NCBI GenBank assembly: GCA_025349965.1
Contig: CP075337.1
Location: 60,001-92,000 of the forward strand
Direction: 5' to 3'
Origin: Candidatus Saccharimonadota bacterium
GTDB taxonomy: Bacteria > Patescibacteriota > Saccharimonadia > Saccharimonadales > Saccharimonadaceae
Length of the DNA: 32,000 bases
Within the stretch, counting starts at the first letter, position 1. The number at the start of each line of letters is the position of its first letter. The translations under genes and the position numbers were made by a program. This document shows positions 6,487-14,285 of this stretch, piece by piece. A model generated the notes under the pieces. That model was given only the letters and a program-made list of their open reading frames with translations. It searched no databases and was not told where the DNA came from.

Positions 6487-8877
6487 ATGTCAAAATACAC
6501 CCGTATTCGGTCCTATAGTCCAAGCAAGGCAACGCAACCCATAAAGAAGTCGCCAGTTAAGCGAACGAGTGGGGTGGCGAAGCCTATTGCAAAACCAGTA
6601 AAGGATCATGGGCCTGTTGGCAACTTCTTTGTAAACCGCTGGCGTTGGTTTAAGCGCTTGAGTAAACCTAAAAAAGCGCTCGTAATTGCAACCCCACTTT
6701 TGGCGTTTCTTATTCTTACTCCTATCTTTACGTATCTTTATTACGCGAATGCGATCTCAGACCCTGATAGGCTCATGAACTATAACAATGCCGGTGTTGT
6801 GTTGCTTGATTCAGACGGAAAGCCTTTCTATAGCTTTGGTACAGCAAATCGCGGTGAGCGTCTGCCGCTTGACCAAATATCAGATTATACGGAAAAGGCA
6901 CTTATTTCTTCAGAAGATAAGAATTTCTATAAGCACGGCGGTTTTTCACTCTTTAGTATCCTTGGGGCGCTTTATGCAAACATCCTTAGTGGTGATGCGA
7001 CGGCATATGGGGGTTCTACACTTACGCAGCAGTTAGCTAAAAACACACTCCTTTCAAAAAACCAGACCTTCCTCCGAAAATATCAAGAACTGACAGTTTC
7101 GCTTGCTATTGAACAACGCTACAGTAAGGACGAAATTCTTGACCTCTACCTTAACTCTGTGTACTACGGTGAGGGTGCTTTTGGTATCGGCAACGCGGCA
7201 AAGACATATTTTGGTAAGTCAGCCGCTGACCTTGATTTGGCAGAAAGCGCCATGCTTGTTGGTGTGCTTCCGGCGCCGTCGGCGTATTCGCCAGTTTCTG
7301 GCAATCCTGCGTACGCTAAAGAGCGGCAAGGGACGGTTCTTGGCCGAATGGTAGATAATAAAGTGATCACACAAACTGAATCAGATGCAGCCAAGGCGGA
7401 GGTGCTTGCCTATGCACCTCAGAGTGAGGGGCAGAACGGCACCGCGCCTCATTTTGCCGAGATGGTATTGAACGAACTTTACAAGAAGTATGGCGAAGAG
7501 CGCGTGACGCGTTCCGGTTTCCGCGTCACAACTACGCTTGACTTGGCATTACAAAAAGCCGCAAATGAAACAGTCAGTAAGCAGATAAGCTTTATTCAGC
7601 GTAATGGGGGTTCAAATGCTGCAGTTGTGGCGATTGATCCGGCAACGGGTGAAATTAGGGCTCTTGTGGGAAGTGCGGATTACAATAACGAAGACTTCGG
7701 CAAGGTGAACATGGCTATAACGCCTCGTCAGCCAGGTTCAAGCATTAAGCCGCTTTACTATACGGAAGCGATGCGCAGAGATTTAATTACTCCAGCGACA
7801 ATTCTTAAAGACGAGCCGACAGATTTTGGCGGTGGTTACCGGCCACTTAATGCCGACCGCCGTTTCAGAGGAAATGTTACGGTTCGTAATGCCCTTGCGC
7901 AATCTTTGAATATTCCATCTGTTGAAGTGATGCAGAAGCTTGGGGTAGCGAATACAGTCGATACCTTAAGGCAGCTCGGTATTAGCACTATTGATAGTTC
8001 GAAAGACTATGGGCTCTCATTAGCGCTCGGGTCTGCGGAGGCGAAGTTAACCGAAATGACAAATGCGTATGCCGCGTTTGCTAATAGCGGCAAGCAATAT
8101 GAAACCACGTCTGTAACCGAGATTAAAGATAAGTTTGAAAAACAGATTTTTAGAAACACTACAAAAACTCCGAAACAGGTGATGGATGCTGACTCAACTT
8201 TCTTAATATCTAATATTTTGGATGATGAAAGTGCGCGCGCGCCTGTCTTTGGAAGTAGCTTGAACACAAACGGATACAGTGTTGCGGTCAAGACTGGTAC
8301 GACGGACGAGGCTCGTGATGCATGGACGATTGGATACGCAAAGCAACTTACGGTTGGTGTTTGGGTTGGGAATAATAACAACACGCCAATGAATAATGGT
8401 GGATCGGGTATGGCTGGTCCGATTTGGCGATCTGTTATGATGGCAGGTCTCAAGGGTCAGTCAAATCAGCCATTTACTGCACCTTCAGGTGTTCAGCGCA
8501 TCTTGATATGTAAGAGTAATGGTCTTCGTGCGATCGGTGGCGGTACTGATGGGACATACCAGGAGTACTTCAAGTCAGGTACTGCACCAAGTAAAACGTG
8601 TGATGTCCCTAAGCCACCAGAGGATAGTGATAAAGACGGCGTGAATGACGATAGGGATAAATGTCCCAACACTCCAGCTGGAACAAAGGTTGACGAGAAT
8701 GGCTGTCCCGTGAAGACTGATGATGAAGGCGGTACAAACCCACCAGATACTTCTGATAAGTGTCAAAATGTTCCACCAGATGTTGAGGTGGACCAGAATG
8801 GTTGTCCGGTATCAAATAACGGCAACGGCACGGGACCATCACCTGTAAATCCAGTGACACCACCGCGAAGAAATTAA
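6487..8877 (+). CDS. Class A penicillin-binding protein (PBP1A type: GT51 transglycosylase plus transpeptidase) with C-terminal thrombospondin-type-3-like repeats
   Basis: Basic cytoplasmic tail plus TM (ALVIATPLLAFLILTPIFTYLYY).
- GT51 motifs: EDKNFYKHGG, GGSTLTQQLAKN, RKYQE.
- Transpeptidase motifs: SSIKP (SxxK), SLN, KTGTT.
- C-terminus: DSDKDGVNDDRDKCPNTPAGTKVDENGCPV and DKCQNVPPDVEVDQNGCPV. Confidence 0.92.
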   Translation: MSKYTRIRSYSPSKATQPIKKSPVKRTSGVAKPIAKPVKDHGPVGNFFVNRWRWFKRLSKPKKALVIATPLLAFLILTPIFTYLYYANAISDPDRLMNYNNAGVVLLDSDGKPFYSFGTANRGERLPLDQISDYTEKALISSEDKNFYKHGGFSLFSILGALYANILSGDATAYGGSTLTQQLAKNTLLSKNQTFLRKYQELTVSLAIEQRYSKDEILDLYLNSVYYGEGAFGIGNAAKTYFGKSAADLDLAESAMLVGVLPAPSAYSPVSGNPAYAKERQGTVLGRMVDNKVITQTESDAAKAEVLAYAPQSEGQNGTAPHFAEMVLNELYKKYGEERVTRSGFRVTTTLDLALQKAANETVSKQISFIQRNGGSNAAVVAIDPATGEIRALVGSADYNNEDFGKVNMAITPRQPGSSIKPLYYTEAMRRDLITPATILKDEPTDFGGGYRPLNADRRFRGNVTVRNALAQSLNIPSVEVMQKLGVANTVDTLRQLGISTIDSSKDYGLSLALGSAEAKLTEMTNAYAAFANSGKQYETTSVTEIKDKFEKQIFRNTTKTPKQVMDADSTFLISNILDDESARAPVFGSSLNTNGYSVAVKTGTTDEARDAWTIGYAKQLTVGVWVGNNNNTPMNNGGSGMAGPIWRSVMMAGLKGQSNQPFTAPSGVQRILICKSNGLRAIGGGTDGTYQEYFKSGTAPSKTCDVPKPPEDSDKDGVNDDRDKCPNTPAGTKVDENGCPVKTDDEGGTNPPDTSDKCQNVPPDVEVDQNGCPVSNNGNGTGPSPVNPVTPPRRN

Positions 8878-9251
8878 CTGATTGCAATAACAAAGGTGCA
8901 GGATGCGAGAATAAGGCTTACGGTGCTCATTACGTACCGCTCTGGCTTACTTCTTGACAGTATATTAATAAAGACACCAACGAGAAAATAGGTAAAAATA
9001 ACCCACGATAGCGTATTTAATAAGACGCCAGGGGGTATGGCGGTGAGAACGGCTGCTTTACTGAGTAGACAAAGCGCTATGCCGGCATAAATAATTACAG
9101 AAAGGATACTGCCGATACGTAGTTTTGGTGGAAGTGTTCTGTGAGTGCCGCCCCACGCGAGGTAACCAAATGGGGCGCCACATGCCAATAAAACCTGAAA
9201 CAATGCGAGCACGCCTAGGATAACTATTGTAGTAATTACCGCCAGTGTCAT
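8874..9251 (-). CDS. Small integral membrane protein (4 predicted TM helices), function unknown
   Basis: 125 aa, almost entirely hydrophobic helices. ATGA-type overlap with the upstream gene. Its stop overlaps the PBP1A stop (TTAA). Confidence 0.5.
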   Translation of the reverse strand: MTLAVITTIVILGVLALFQVLLACGAPFGYLAWGGTHRTLPPKLRIGSILSVIIYAGIALCLLSKAAVLTAIPPGVLLNTLSWVIFTYFLVGVFINILSRSKPERYVMSTVSLILASCTFVIAIS

Positions 9252-9646
9252 AGTTCGCGCTTCTGCTTTGTCTCAATGTCATCAATGAGCTTGTTGCTGA
9301 TTTGTAGATTTGAGCGTTCAGTTTTTAGCACGGTGTTAATTTCTTGGGCGATTTTATGTAGTTCATTTGATGTCCGCGTATTATAGATACCTTGCACGAC
9401 GGCCAGGACAAGAGCGATAACCGCAAAGGCAAGGGCGATTATTTCGTAGAGTGTTTCAAAGAGGCTTGTCTCGCTATTTAAAATTTGCAAAACAACTGCG
9501 GCGACGGAAAAGAGGGCGAGTATAACGAGGGTGACTTTTGTAAAACGTTCTGTTTTCTTCATTGCTATCATTGTAGCATAAGCGAATATTTCACTGGCGA
9601 ATAGTGGGCAAATATGGTATGCTAAAAAAGTAACTAAATAATACAT
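9248..9646 (-). CDS. Small membrane protein with a C-terminal coiled segment, function unknown
   Basis: Two TM helices (VTLVILALFSVAAVVLQIL; IIALAFAVIALVLAVVQGI). The true start is probably internal (MIAMKK, ATG at 9571, or MKK at 9562), because 9590-9650 appears to hold the metK leader promoter. Confidence 0.45.
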   Translation of the reverse strand: MYYLVTFLAYHICPLFASEIFAYATMIAMKKTERFTKVTLVILALFSVAAVVLQILNSETSLFETLYEIIALAFAVIALVLAVVQGIYNTRTSNELHKIAQEINTVLKTERSNLQISNKLIDDIETKQKREL

Positions 9647-9797
9647 ATCCAGAGTGCAGCGAGAGATCTAGCTCAATGACCTGCCGGCAACCAGCTTTAA
9701 AAGTAGTGGTGCCCCTTCTAGCCCAAATGGGAAAGATACGTGAAGTCTTCACTCCTTTCATTTTTTCCAACGCGGGCGGAAAGATATGTGAAAGGAG
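9643..9797 (+). promoter_or_regulatory. SAM-I-clan riboswitch (SAM-I / SAM-IV-like aptamer) with an SD-sequestering expression platform, in the metK 5' leader
   Basis: The aptamer-like core ATATCCAGAG..GAGAGA..AATGACC..CCGGCAACC...GGTGCC parallels the SAM-I consensus (UAUCaAGAG..GAGGGA..AUGAa.CC.GGCAACC..GGUGCC). The anti-SD CTCCTTTCA (9752-9760) is perfectly complementary to TGAAAGGAG (9789-9797), which contains the metK SD. It can alternatively pair with GGGAAAGATACGTGAAG (9729-9745). That element recurs as GGAAAGATATGTGAAAG (9778-9794). Confidence 0.6.
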
Positions 9798-9804
9798 TAT
9801 TTTT

Positions 9805-10782
9805 ATGCCAACATTTAAAACAGCCGAGAGCGTCTCGCCAAAGCATCCGGATAAAATCTGCGATCAAATCTCCGATGCAATCCTAGATGCGCATCTCAAA
9901 GAAGACTCCGAAGCACGCGTAGCAGTTGATGTTGCTGGTGGACATGGAGCGGTATTTATTACCGGTGAGGTGACGTCACGAGCAACGAAGGTGGATATCG
10001 CAAGGATTGTACAGCGCCTGGCGGGTGACGTGGAGATTATTGAAAGAATCACGAAGCAAAGCCCGGAAATAGCACAAGGTGTTGATACAGGTGGGGCGGG
10101 CGACCAAGGAATTATGGTTGGCTATGCAACAAGCGAGACGCCGGAGTTCTTGCCACTTGAAGTGGTATTGGCGCAAAAATTAAATAAATATCTCTATGAG
10201 CGGTGGCCTTTTGATGGCAAAACACAGGTGACAACGTGCGATGGGAAAATTCACACCATTGTAGCAAGTTTTCAGCATGCGCCTACTGAGGCGCTTGAGG
10301 TCGCCGTTAAGACATGGCAACGTACGCAATCTATTGCCCCCAGTTATGCTCGGGAAATCATCTACCATATCAATCCTGCAGGCGATTGGGATATCGGTGG
10401 TTTTGATGCAGACGCAGGATTAACGGGACGAAAGTTAGCCGTTGATAATTACGGTCCGACTATACCCGTGGGCGGCGGTGCATTTAGCGGGAAAGACCCA
10501 AGTAAAGTAGATCGCTCGGCGGCGTACATGGCTCGAAAGATTGCAATAGACTACGTACGAAGATTTCAGGCGAATGAAGTATACGTTACGCTCGCCTACG
10601 CAATTGGCTATAGTCAGCCCGTTCAAGCAGTGGCGGTTGTTGATGGGCGAGAAGTGCAGGTTGAGGGATACGATCTTTCGCCCCTTGGAATTGTGGAATT
10701 CTTAAATCTGAAGATGCCGCAGTATGAACAAACGGCGCGGTATGGGCATTTTGCAGACTCAACCTTCACTTGGAATAGATAG
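9805..10782 (+). CDS. metK: S-adenosylmethionine synthetase (methionine adenosyltransferase), compact ~325-aa form
   Basis: Motifs ESVSPKHPDKICDQISDAILDA, GAGDQGIM, GLTGRKLAVDNYG and GGGAFSGKDPSKVDRSAAYMAR. Start taken at ATG 9805 (SD AAAGGAG 8 nt upstream). The track's 9676 start would read through the riboswitch. Confidence 0.93.
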   Translation: MPTFKTAESVSPKHPDKICDQISDAILDAHLKEDSEARVAVDVAGGHGAVFITGEVTSRATKVDIARIVQRLAGDVEIIERITKQSPEIAQGVDTGGAGDQGIMVGYATSETPEFLPLEVVLAQKLNKYLYERWPFDGKTQVTTCDGKIHTIVASFQHAPTEALEVAVKTWQRTQSIAPSYAREIIYHINPAGDWDIGGFDADAGLTGRKLAVDNYGPTIPVGGGAFSGKDPSKVDRSAAYMARKIAIDYVRRFQANEVYVTLAYAIGYSQPVQAVAVVDGREVQVEGYDLSPLGIVEFLNLKMPQYEQTARYGHFADSTFTWNR

Positions 10783-10800
10783 AGCCATCAAAACTGCTCA

Positions 10801-10809
10801 TGGTATAAT
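10801..10809 (+). promoter_or_regulatory. Extended -10 promoter element (TGGTATAAT)
   Basis: Perfect TGnTATAAT 30 nt upstream of ATG 10839, with SD GAGGGAG in between. No good -35. Confidence 0.35.
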
Positions 10810-10838
10810 CAAGGTAATAGATTGAGGGAGTGTAATAC

Positions 10839-11426
10839 ATGGATAATGATAGGTTTCGCACGTCTGACAGGCGAGTGGTAAATGGTTCTTCTGAACGGGG
10901 TACTTCATCGCATAGGCAGGTGGAGGAGCCATCGGTGACGTCCGCATCATCACCCGAGCCTACTCCACGGAAATCGCGCGCGATAGTTCAAAATACTCCA
11001 GAGAAAAGGCGTCGCAATCCGCTTTGGGTGGTTGTTGCTGTTCTTGGGGTGGTGATTGTTGCGATTCTTGGTTGGCTCTTTTGGTCACAACAGCAAAAAA
11101 CGACAGGTATTGACTCAAGTAAATATCAGGCGGTCTTCCTTTCAAATGGTCAGCACTATTTTGGCAAGCTAACGGTGATGAGCGATGACTATTTTAAGCT
11201 TTCGGATGTATACTATCTCGAGCAAGCTAATAAAACTGACAGCGAGACAAACGCGAACACAGTACAGCAGACTCAAGTTGAGCTCCGCAAGCTTGGCGAA
11301 AAAGAAATTCATGGTCCTGAAGACACTATGATTATTTCGCGCGATCAAGTGCTTCTGTATGAGAATCTTACAGATAAAAGCCAAGTTGTAAAATCAATTG
11401 ATCAACAAAAGCAACAAGCTAAGTAG
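10839..11426 (+). CDS. Single-pass membrane protein, function unknown
   Basis: A Ser/Arg/Pro-rich N-terminus, a TM helix (LWVVVAVLGVVIVAILGWLFW), then a ~110-aa extracytoplasmic domain. Good SD. Confidence 0.55.
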   Translation: MDNDRFRTSDRRVVNGSSERGTSSHRQVEEPSVTSASSPEPTPRKSRAIVQNTPEKRRRNPLWVVVAVLGVVIVAILGWLFWSQQQKTTGIDSSKYQAVFLSNGQHYFGKLTVMSDDYFKLSDVYYLEQANKTDSETNANTVQQTQVELRKLGEKEIHGPEDTMIISRDQVLLYENLTDKSQVVKSIDQQKQQAK

Positions 11427-11428
11427 TG

Positions 11429-12079
11429 CTATTTAAGCGAGTTGATATACTTCTCCCAGTTCTGCTGGGAGATATTTTTTTGCGATTTAATAAGCACGAG
11501 TGTCTTGCCTTTTATAAAGAGGACAGATTGGGGGCCTTTTGCGGAGGTGCCAATGAAGGCGCCTGTATTTCCAATTTTATCTGTAGCGTTGAATGCTTTG
11601 GCCATTTCTTGAAGTGCCTGAGAGGGGTTTGCCTGAAAACTCTCCGGTAAAGGCTGCTGGCTAACGTTAATGGTAGTGCCTTCGATTGCATCGAGAAAAG
11701 CGAAAACAGGTGAAGCGTCCGGCGGGCTGACACGCCTCCAGCCACCAAGTGAACTAATAGATTTTCCGGCCGGGAGAACGGTGTCATAGTTCGGACGCTC
11801 GCCTTTAGGTTGTAAAACAGCAATGACAATAACGGCGAGAATAATAACAGCGAGACTTGCACTGGCAACAATCCGTGTTTTTTTAGAAACCTTCTTGAAC
11901 CGAGTAAGGGCGGGGTATAAAGACGTTTGTTTTTTCGGTTGTGTAATTTGTTGCGGGCGACGTATCGGTTGCACTGCCGGTTTTTGCTCAACAACAGGAC
12001 GTACCGGCGCGCTTGGTCGTGTCGGCGGTACGGGCTTCCTCTGCACCCTTGGTTGTTTCTCTAAACCATCAAAATCCAC
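11429..12079 (-). CDS. Single-pass membrane protein with a proline-rich N-terminus, function unknown
   Basis: GTG start. A Pro/Gln-rich cytoplasmic region, a TM helix (IVASASLAVIILAVIVIAVL), then a ~125-aa extracytoplasmic domain. Lies 31 nt downstream of the 668-aa surface-protein gene on the same strand. Confidence 0.5.
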   Translation of the reverse strand: MDFDGLEKQPRVQRKPVPPTRPSAPVRPVVEQKPAVQPIRRPQQITQPKKQTSLYPALTRFKKVSKKTRIVASASLAVIILAVIVIAVLQPKGERPNYDTVLPAGKSISSLGGWRRVSPPDASPVFAFLDAIEGTTINVSQQPLPESFQANPSQALQEMAKAFNATDKIGNTGAFIGTSAKGPQSVLFIKGKTLVLIKSQKNISQQNWEKYINSLK

Positions 12080-12110
12080 TAAGGTTTATTTTAGCATAAA
12101 GGGGAAGAGG

Positions 12111-14117
12111 TTATTTGTTGGTGAAGGCGAACTTTAGCGTGCTTGCGTATGCATTAGCATCGCTCTTTGACTTGAAGCTTACCTTGATAACAATGCTATC
12201 GCCAGCCTCAAAGCCACAGTTGGCTGGGTCATCGGTATTTTCGGCAACACCCTTGAGCCAGTTTGTCTGACTACCGGTTGAAACGGTAATTGGGGTGCTG
12301 AAACATGGGGTGAGCCCGGTGCTATTCTTCTTGAAGATTTGGTATCCTACTGCTGCGTTTGTGCTGTCGGTGCGACCGAGAAGTGAAGTTGAGCCCTCTA
12401 CGAATTCCTTGAAGGTGCTTGGAAGGTCGTAGGTGACAAAGAGGTTCTTTGTTTGGTCGGTTGCTTGAGTAGAACTCCAGTGGTAGTAGTTGAATGTTTC
12501 CTTTGCGCTGTCGCTACAGATTTCTGGCTGTGAGTTGGTGCCGTCATTAATGCCAAGGTCGGTTGAGCAGAAGCCAGACTCGAAGGTACCAAGGGTACTT
12601 CCCTGTTTGACAGCTCCTGAATATTCAGGGGTGAGGCTTACGAAGGTGTCTGGGCTTGATCCACAATCACCCCAGCCTTCAGCTTCGTAACACTGCACCT
12701 TACCGAGAGTGGTGTCGTAATACATACTTCCAAGGAGTGATTGGTCGGTAATTGCTGGCGCGCTCGTACTCTTATCAAGCGTCAGAAGTGTTGTTTCGGT
12801 ATCAGCCGTGCCGTTGCCAATTTGAATATTGTTGTGCTCGCTCGTTTGCAGTGGAAGATCAGCACCAGTTGAAAGGCTTGAAGTGGTCCAATCTGTGCCA
12901 TTCCAGAAGAGCGTCGCGGTCATATTTGGCTTCATCTTGATGATATTTTGCGCGCCAACACCACCGTTAATGGCAAGGTTGAATCGTTCGGAAATACTTG
13001 CTGCGGTGACGTAAATAACGCGGCCGGTAGTGGTGTTGGTTGGGTCGCCAAAGTTGAAGGTGATACCTGCCGCACCTGCGCTCAAGAGAACGGCACCGTT
13101 TTTATCAATACTACTTTGCGTCACCGCACAGTTGGTGTCGCAGCTTTGTTGCTCGGCGGTCTTGTAAGCTGGGGTGCTGATGATGACGAGTCCGTCTGAT
13201 CCCGTACCGGTGCCTGATCCGCCGCTGATAACAACGTCGCCACCGTTACCGTTCGTTCCGCCAGCGTTGCCACCCTGAAGGCTCAGTGTACCGCCGTTAC
13301 TTCCTGCGCCCGCGCCACCGTTTCCGGCTGAGATGCCAAGACTTCGGCCAACCGTATCTTCTGGTGAGCCCTGAAGGGAGATAGCGTGATCTGCGTTACC
13401 GCCAAATTCAATGTCACCGCTGTTGTTCACGGTGAAGACGTCGGTTGCTGCATTCTGGAGCTGGATGAGGTTGCCGTTTCCAGTCTTGTTGATGAAGAGG
13501 CTACTAAGGCCGCTCGTGTCTGATTGAACTCCTTGGCCAAGCTGTACGAGATCATTGGCTGTTTTGCCGTTTACGGCGCCAGAGTTGATGGCATATGGGG
13601 TTGCGGTAATCCGCTTCATAGGGGTCATTTCGCCGTCAGGGTCACAGGTATCAAAATCAGAACAAGCCGCAGAACCTGCGACGTTAACAGAAAGCCAAAT
13701 TGTGTCATTATCCCAATCTATATTGGTGCCGAATGGAGTACGCGACCCCAGATCTATTGCCAGGAATCCATTTTTAACCGCGACGCCTCCAGAAGAGCCA
13801 TCGTTGATGTAGGTTTCTGTCCATTTATGCTGTCCGTTAGGGTTGCCTGGGTCCGTGCCAGTTCCACCTTCATAAAGCTTGAACTGAACATTGTAATTGC
13901 CATCAGGAACAGCTACCCCTGCAGAATTCAGGAGTCGCCCTTGGAAGCCGAGAGTTTTCGTGACATTTTGCACGGCAAATGCAGGAAGTGTCAAAGATAA
14001 CGTTGTAATAATAGCAACGCTAGCAAGTAACAGCCCTGCGAAAAGCAGTACAAACTGTCGACGAAAGGTCAAAAGACATCGTCTAAAAATAGTGGTTAGG
14101 TGATACCACACTGTCAT
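12111..14117 (-). CDS. Large N-terminally anchored/secreted surface protein with a tail-fibre-like N-domain and glycine-rich beta-helical repeats
   Basis: Signal/anchor FVLLFAGLLLASVAIITTLSLTLPAFA.
- N-domain: GNYNVQFKLYEGGTG...HKWTETYINDGSSGGVAVKNGFLAIDLG...WLSVNVAG, a pattern common in proteins annotated as tail-fibre-domain proteins.
- Gly-rich block: GNGGAGAGSNGGTLSLQGGNAGGTNGNGGDVVISGGSGTGTGSDG.
- Cys-containing C-terminal domain. Confidence 0.6.
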   Translation of the reverse strand: MTVWYHLTTIFRRCLLTFRRQFVLLFAGLLLASVAIITTLSLTLPAFAVQNVTKTLGFQGRLLNSAGVAVPDGNYNVQFKLYEGGTGTDPGNPNGQHKWTETYINDGSSGGVAVKNGFLAIDLGSRTPFGTNIDWDNDTIWLSVNVAGSAACSDFDTCDPDGEMTPMKRITATPYAINSGAVNGKTANDLVQLGQGVQSDTSGLSSLFINKTGNGNLIQLQNAATDVFTVNNSGDIEFGGNADHAISLQGSPEDTVGRSLGISAGNGGAGAGSNGGTLSLQGGNAGGTNGNGGDVVISGGSGTGTGSDGLVIISTPAYKTAEQQSCDTNCAVTQSSIDKNGAVLLSAGAAGITFNFGDPTNTTTGRVIYVTAASISERFNLAINGGVGAQNIIKMKPNMTATLFWNGTDWTTSSLSTGADLPLQTSEHNNIQIGNGTADTETTLLTLDKSTSAPAITDQSLLGSMYYDTTLGKVQCYEAEGWGDCGSSPDTFVSLTPEYSGAVKQGSTLGTFESGFCSTDLGINDGTNSQPEICSDSAKETFNYYHWSSTQATDQTKNLFVTYDLPSTFKEFVEGSTSLLGRTDSTNAAVGYQIFKKNSTGLTPCFSTPITVSTGSQTNWLKGVAENTDDPANCGFEAGDSIVIKVSFKSKSDANAYASTLKFAFTNK

Positions 14118-14285
14118 TTTTTTGTGTTTTTCTTTATTTTTACCCTGTTAGGTGGATATAAATATTTGTTTCACTTATTGACGTGTGGTGGCCCATCTAA
14201 AGCTTATGGCTATTGTACCTAAAGTGCTTATATTTAGCAATTATTTTTATTTACTGCTCATGCTATACTACTAGGTAGATTACAC

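Noticed and set aside
9676-9804. The track's longer metK ORF starts at 9676, adding 43 N-terminal residues.
   Set aside because: The extension has no MetK homology and runs through the riboswitch and anti-SD structure. It also ignores the good SD in front of ATG 9805, where MetK homology (MPTFKTAESVSPKHPDK) begins.
13200-13340. Repetitive GGN/ACC-rich DNA, checked as a possible tandem repeat or CRISPR-like array.
   Set aside because: It is the reverse strand of the glycine-rich coding block of the 668-aa protein. The repeats are degenerate, in frame, and have no spacer/repeat periodicity.
12111-14117. The tail-fibre-like protein, considered as evidence of a prophage or tailocin.
   Set aside because: No capsid, terminase, portal, baseplate, lysis or integrase genes appear anywhere in the 32 kb. 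Neighbouring genes are housekeeping (metK, ATPase).
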